Source of the DNA: Podarcis gaigeae
Lineage: Eukaryota
DNA: 64,000 bases
Assembly: GCA_964106915.2 (NCBI GenBank)
Contig: OZ066922.1
Reading direction: 5' to 3' (one strand)
The notes beneath the pieces are model-generated. The model searched no databases, was not told the origin of the DNA, and was given only the letters and a program-made list of their open reading frames with translations. Of this stretch, positions 61,859 through 64,000 are shown one piece after another. Position 1 is the first letter of the stretch. Each line of letters opens with the position of its first letter. Position numbers and translations under genes: made by a program.

Positions 61859-63703
61859 ATGTACAGACCAGGAGAGAAAGTGAAACGCCGGATGCGTATG
61901 CATGGTCCCAGCATAAGAAGTGTTGAAGTTGCTAGAGGAAGAGCTGGATATGGATTTACCCTCTCTGGTCAGGCTCCCTGTGTTCTTAGTTGCGTTTTAA
62001 AAGGTAGCCCCGCTGATTATGTGGGACTTAAAGCAGGAGACAAAATATTTGCTATAAATGAAATCAATGTGAAAAAGGCATCCCATGAAGATGTGGTGAA
62101 GCTAATAGGCAAATGCTCTGGGGTTTTGCACATGGTCATTGCTGAAGGGCTTGGCCACGCAGACTCTGGCTCAAGCGATGAAGAAGTTGGGTTTTGTGAT
62201 GGGAAGGGGTGGCTGAGGCCAAAGCCCGATTCCAAAGGATTGGGTATAAACAGAGCAGAGAAGGTTGTAGAAGAAATGCAATCTGGTGGAATTTTCAACA
62301 TGATCTTTGAAAATCCTAACATTTCTGCTGGTAATCTGCAGACGACGACCACAAAGCAAATGCTGGTCCGTGAAACTGCTCCTGTTAAATTAGAAGTAGG
62401 ACCTGAAAATAACAACCCAGATATTCCCTGTAATGAGGAACTGCCCAAAGCCTTGAATGATGATTCCATTTTTAGAATTGGAGTGGAAAACCAGGAATAT
62501 TTTGGATTAGATGCAAGTATTTTAAATGTAGCAATGGTTGTAGGCTACCTAGGATCAATTGAACTTCCATCTTCAAGTTCAAATCTGGAATATGATAGTT
62601 TGCAGGCTATTCGTGGATGTATGCGACGTCTTCGAGCAGAACAAAAAATCCATTCATTGGTTATAATGAAGATTATGCATGACTCTATTCAACTCTGCAA
62701 TAATAAATCTGGTGTGATTGCAGAATATCCTGCAGAGAAGCTGGCATTTAGTGCTGTATGCCCTGATGACAGAAGATTCTTTGGGTTAGTTACCATGCAA
62801 ACCATTGATGATGGAAGTTTGGCTCAGGAAGATGAAGCAGTTTTGAGGACCTCATGCCATGTGTTTATGGTGGATCCAGAGCTTTTTCACCATAAAATTC
62901 ACCAGGGCATTGCACGACGTTTTGGATTGGAATGCACAGCAGATCCAGACACTAATGGCTGCCTAGAATTTCCAGTGTCATCTCTCCCTGTTCTTCAGTT
63001 TGTCTCCGTTTTGTACAGGGATATGGGAGAATTGATTGAGGGAGTTCGGGCAAGGGCCTTTCTTGATGGCGATGCAGATGGTCAACAGAATAACAGTATG
63101 AGCAGTAATAGTGATAGTGGTATTGGAAATTTTAACCAAGAAGAGAAAAGTAATAGAGTTTTGGTAGTTGAACTAGGAGCTAACTCAAGTAAACATGTTC
63201 TTAATAGTGCACAAGACAGTGCAGTAGGTAGAAGTCAGGCTATTTCCCATTGGGCATTTGGTCATGAACAAGAAGGAAACTCTGCATTAGAAGCAATGTT
63301 TCAGAATGATAAATCTCAAAATGTAAGTAAATTCTTAGCTCCTTCAGCTCGCACTGAGGTTCCACTAGTTCCTCCCCAAAGCTCAGTTACATCATGCAAG
63401 AAAAATTCTGTGAACATTTCCAATCAAAGATGGTTGCCGGTTCATGTATTAAAAGATTGGCAACATGGATGTGTAAGTGACCAAGAGTCATACACAGATT
63501 CTACAGACGGTTGGTCAAGTGTCAACTGTGGTACTCTTCCTCCTCCCATGAGTAAGATTCCTGCTGACAGATACAGAGTTAATGGCAGCTTTGGGCAGCC
63601 TCATCTAATGTCTCAAAATAATGAATTGACTAAAAAAGGGTTTCATATACAAAACACATTTGACTCTCAACACAATGTCAGAAAGGCCAAAGAAGATAAA
63701 AAG
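61859..63703 (+). CDS. RGS12: RGS12 first coding exon (PDZ + PTB domains); gene continues beyond the window
   Basis: MYRPGE...RSVEVARGRAGYGFTLSGQAPCVLSCV (PDZ); MVVGYLGSIELP...RTSCHVFMVDP (PTB); SSNSDSGIGNF. Acceptor gtag| at 61764, donor AAG|gtaaga at 63703. Confidence 0.95.
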
Positions 63704-64000
63704 GTAAGAATGTTCATGTAACACTTGTTAGAAAATGCTTTGAAATTGCAGTCATTTTGCCCATTAATTGGAAAGCAGTGCTGTTAGAGAATGGGGGGAA
63801 TATAATAAAGGAGCTGCTGTCTTCTGTTCTTTCCCCCTTGTCTGTAATTATTATCAGTACTATGCAAAAGAAATTGTACTTACAGATAATAGGAATGTTG
63901 AATAATAATATTGCACTGCATCTGTAGGGTGGAGGATTGGAATGTGATTTATGAGCAGCAAAGAATTTTTAGTGTCACCCATGGAAAATTAGACATAATA

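Overview
Vertebrate genomic DNA, almost certainly a squamate and probably a lacertid lizard (inferred from the Sauria-type SINEs and the other repeats). Three genes of the ADRA2C-DOK7-RGS12 neighbourhood are present. (1) An intronless, very GC-rich ADRA2C (2444..3793, -). (2) A complete DOK7 (-), rebuilt by hand exon by exon: the 7 canonical exons (55401 down to 36438) plus four further in-frame exons (32892-32934, 29956-30027, 28399-28548, 24902-25035) reached through an internal donor in exon 7. The long form is 676 aa and ends in an FRS2/Gab-like phosphotyrosine docking tail (YEFM, YVNI, LHYMELEL, YAQIDI). (3) The first large coding exon of RGS12 (PDZ+PTB, ATG 61859, +). LRPAP1 and HGFAC, which flank DOK7 in human, are not visible, and RGS12 is head-to-head with DOK7, although a 200-N assembly gap lies between them. 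The rest is dense with transposable elements: Sauria SINEs with TSDs, TA-flanked Tc1/mariner/Tigger-type MITEs (one nested), 8-bp-TSD hAT MITEs (one family in or next to promoter CpG islands), two solo LTRs carrying ORF-like U3 regions, and CR1, L2, L1, Penelope and DIRS fragments. All coordinates were read by hand and no database search was run.
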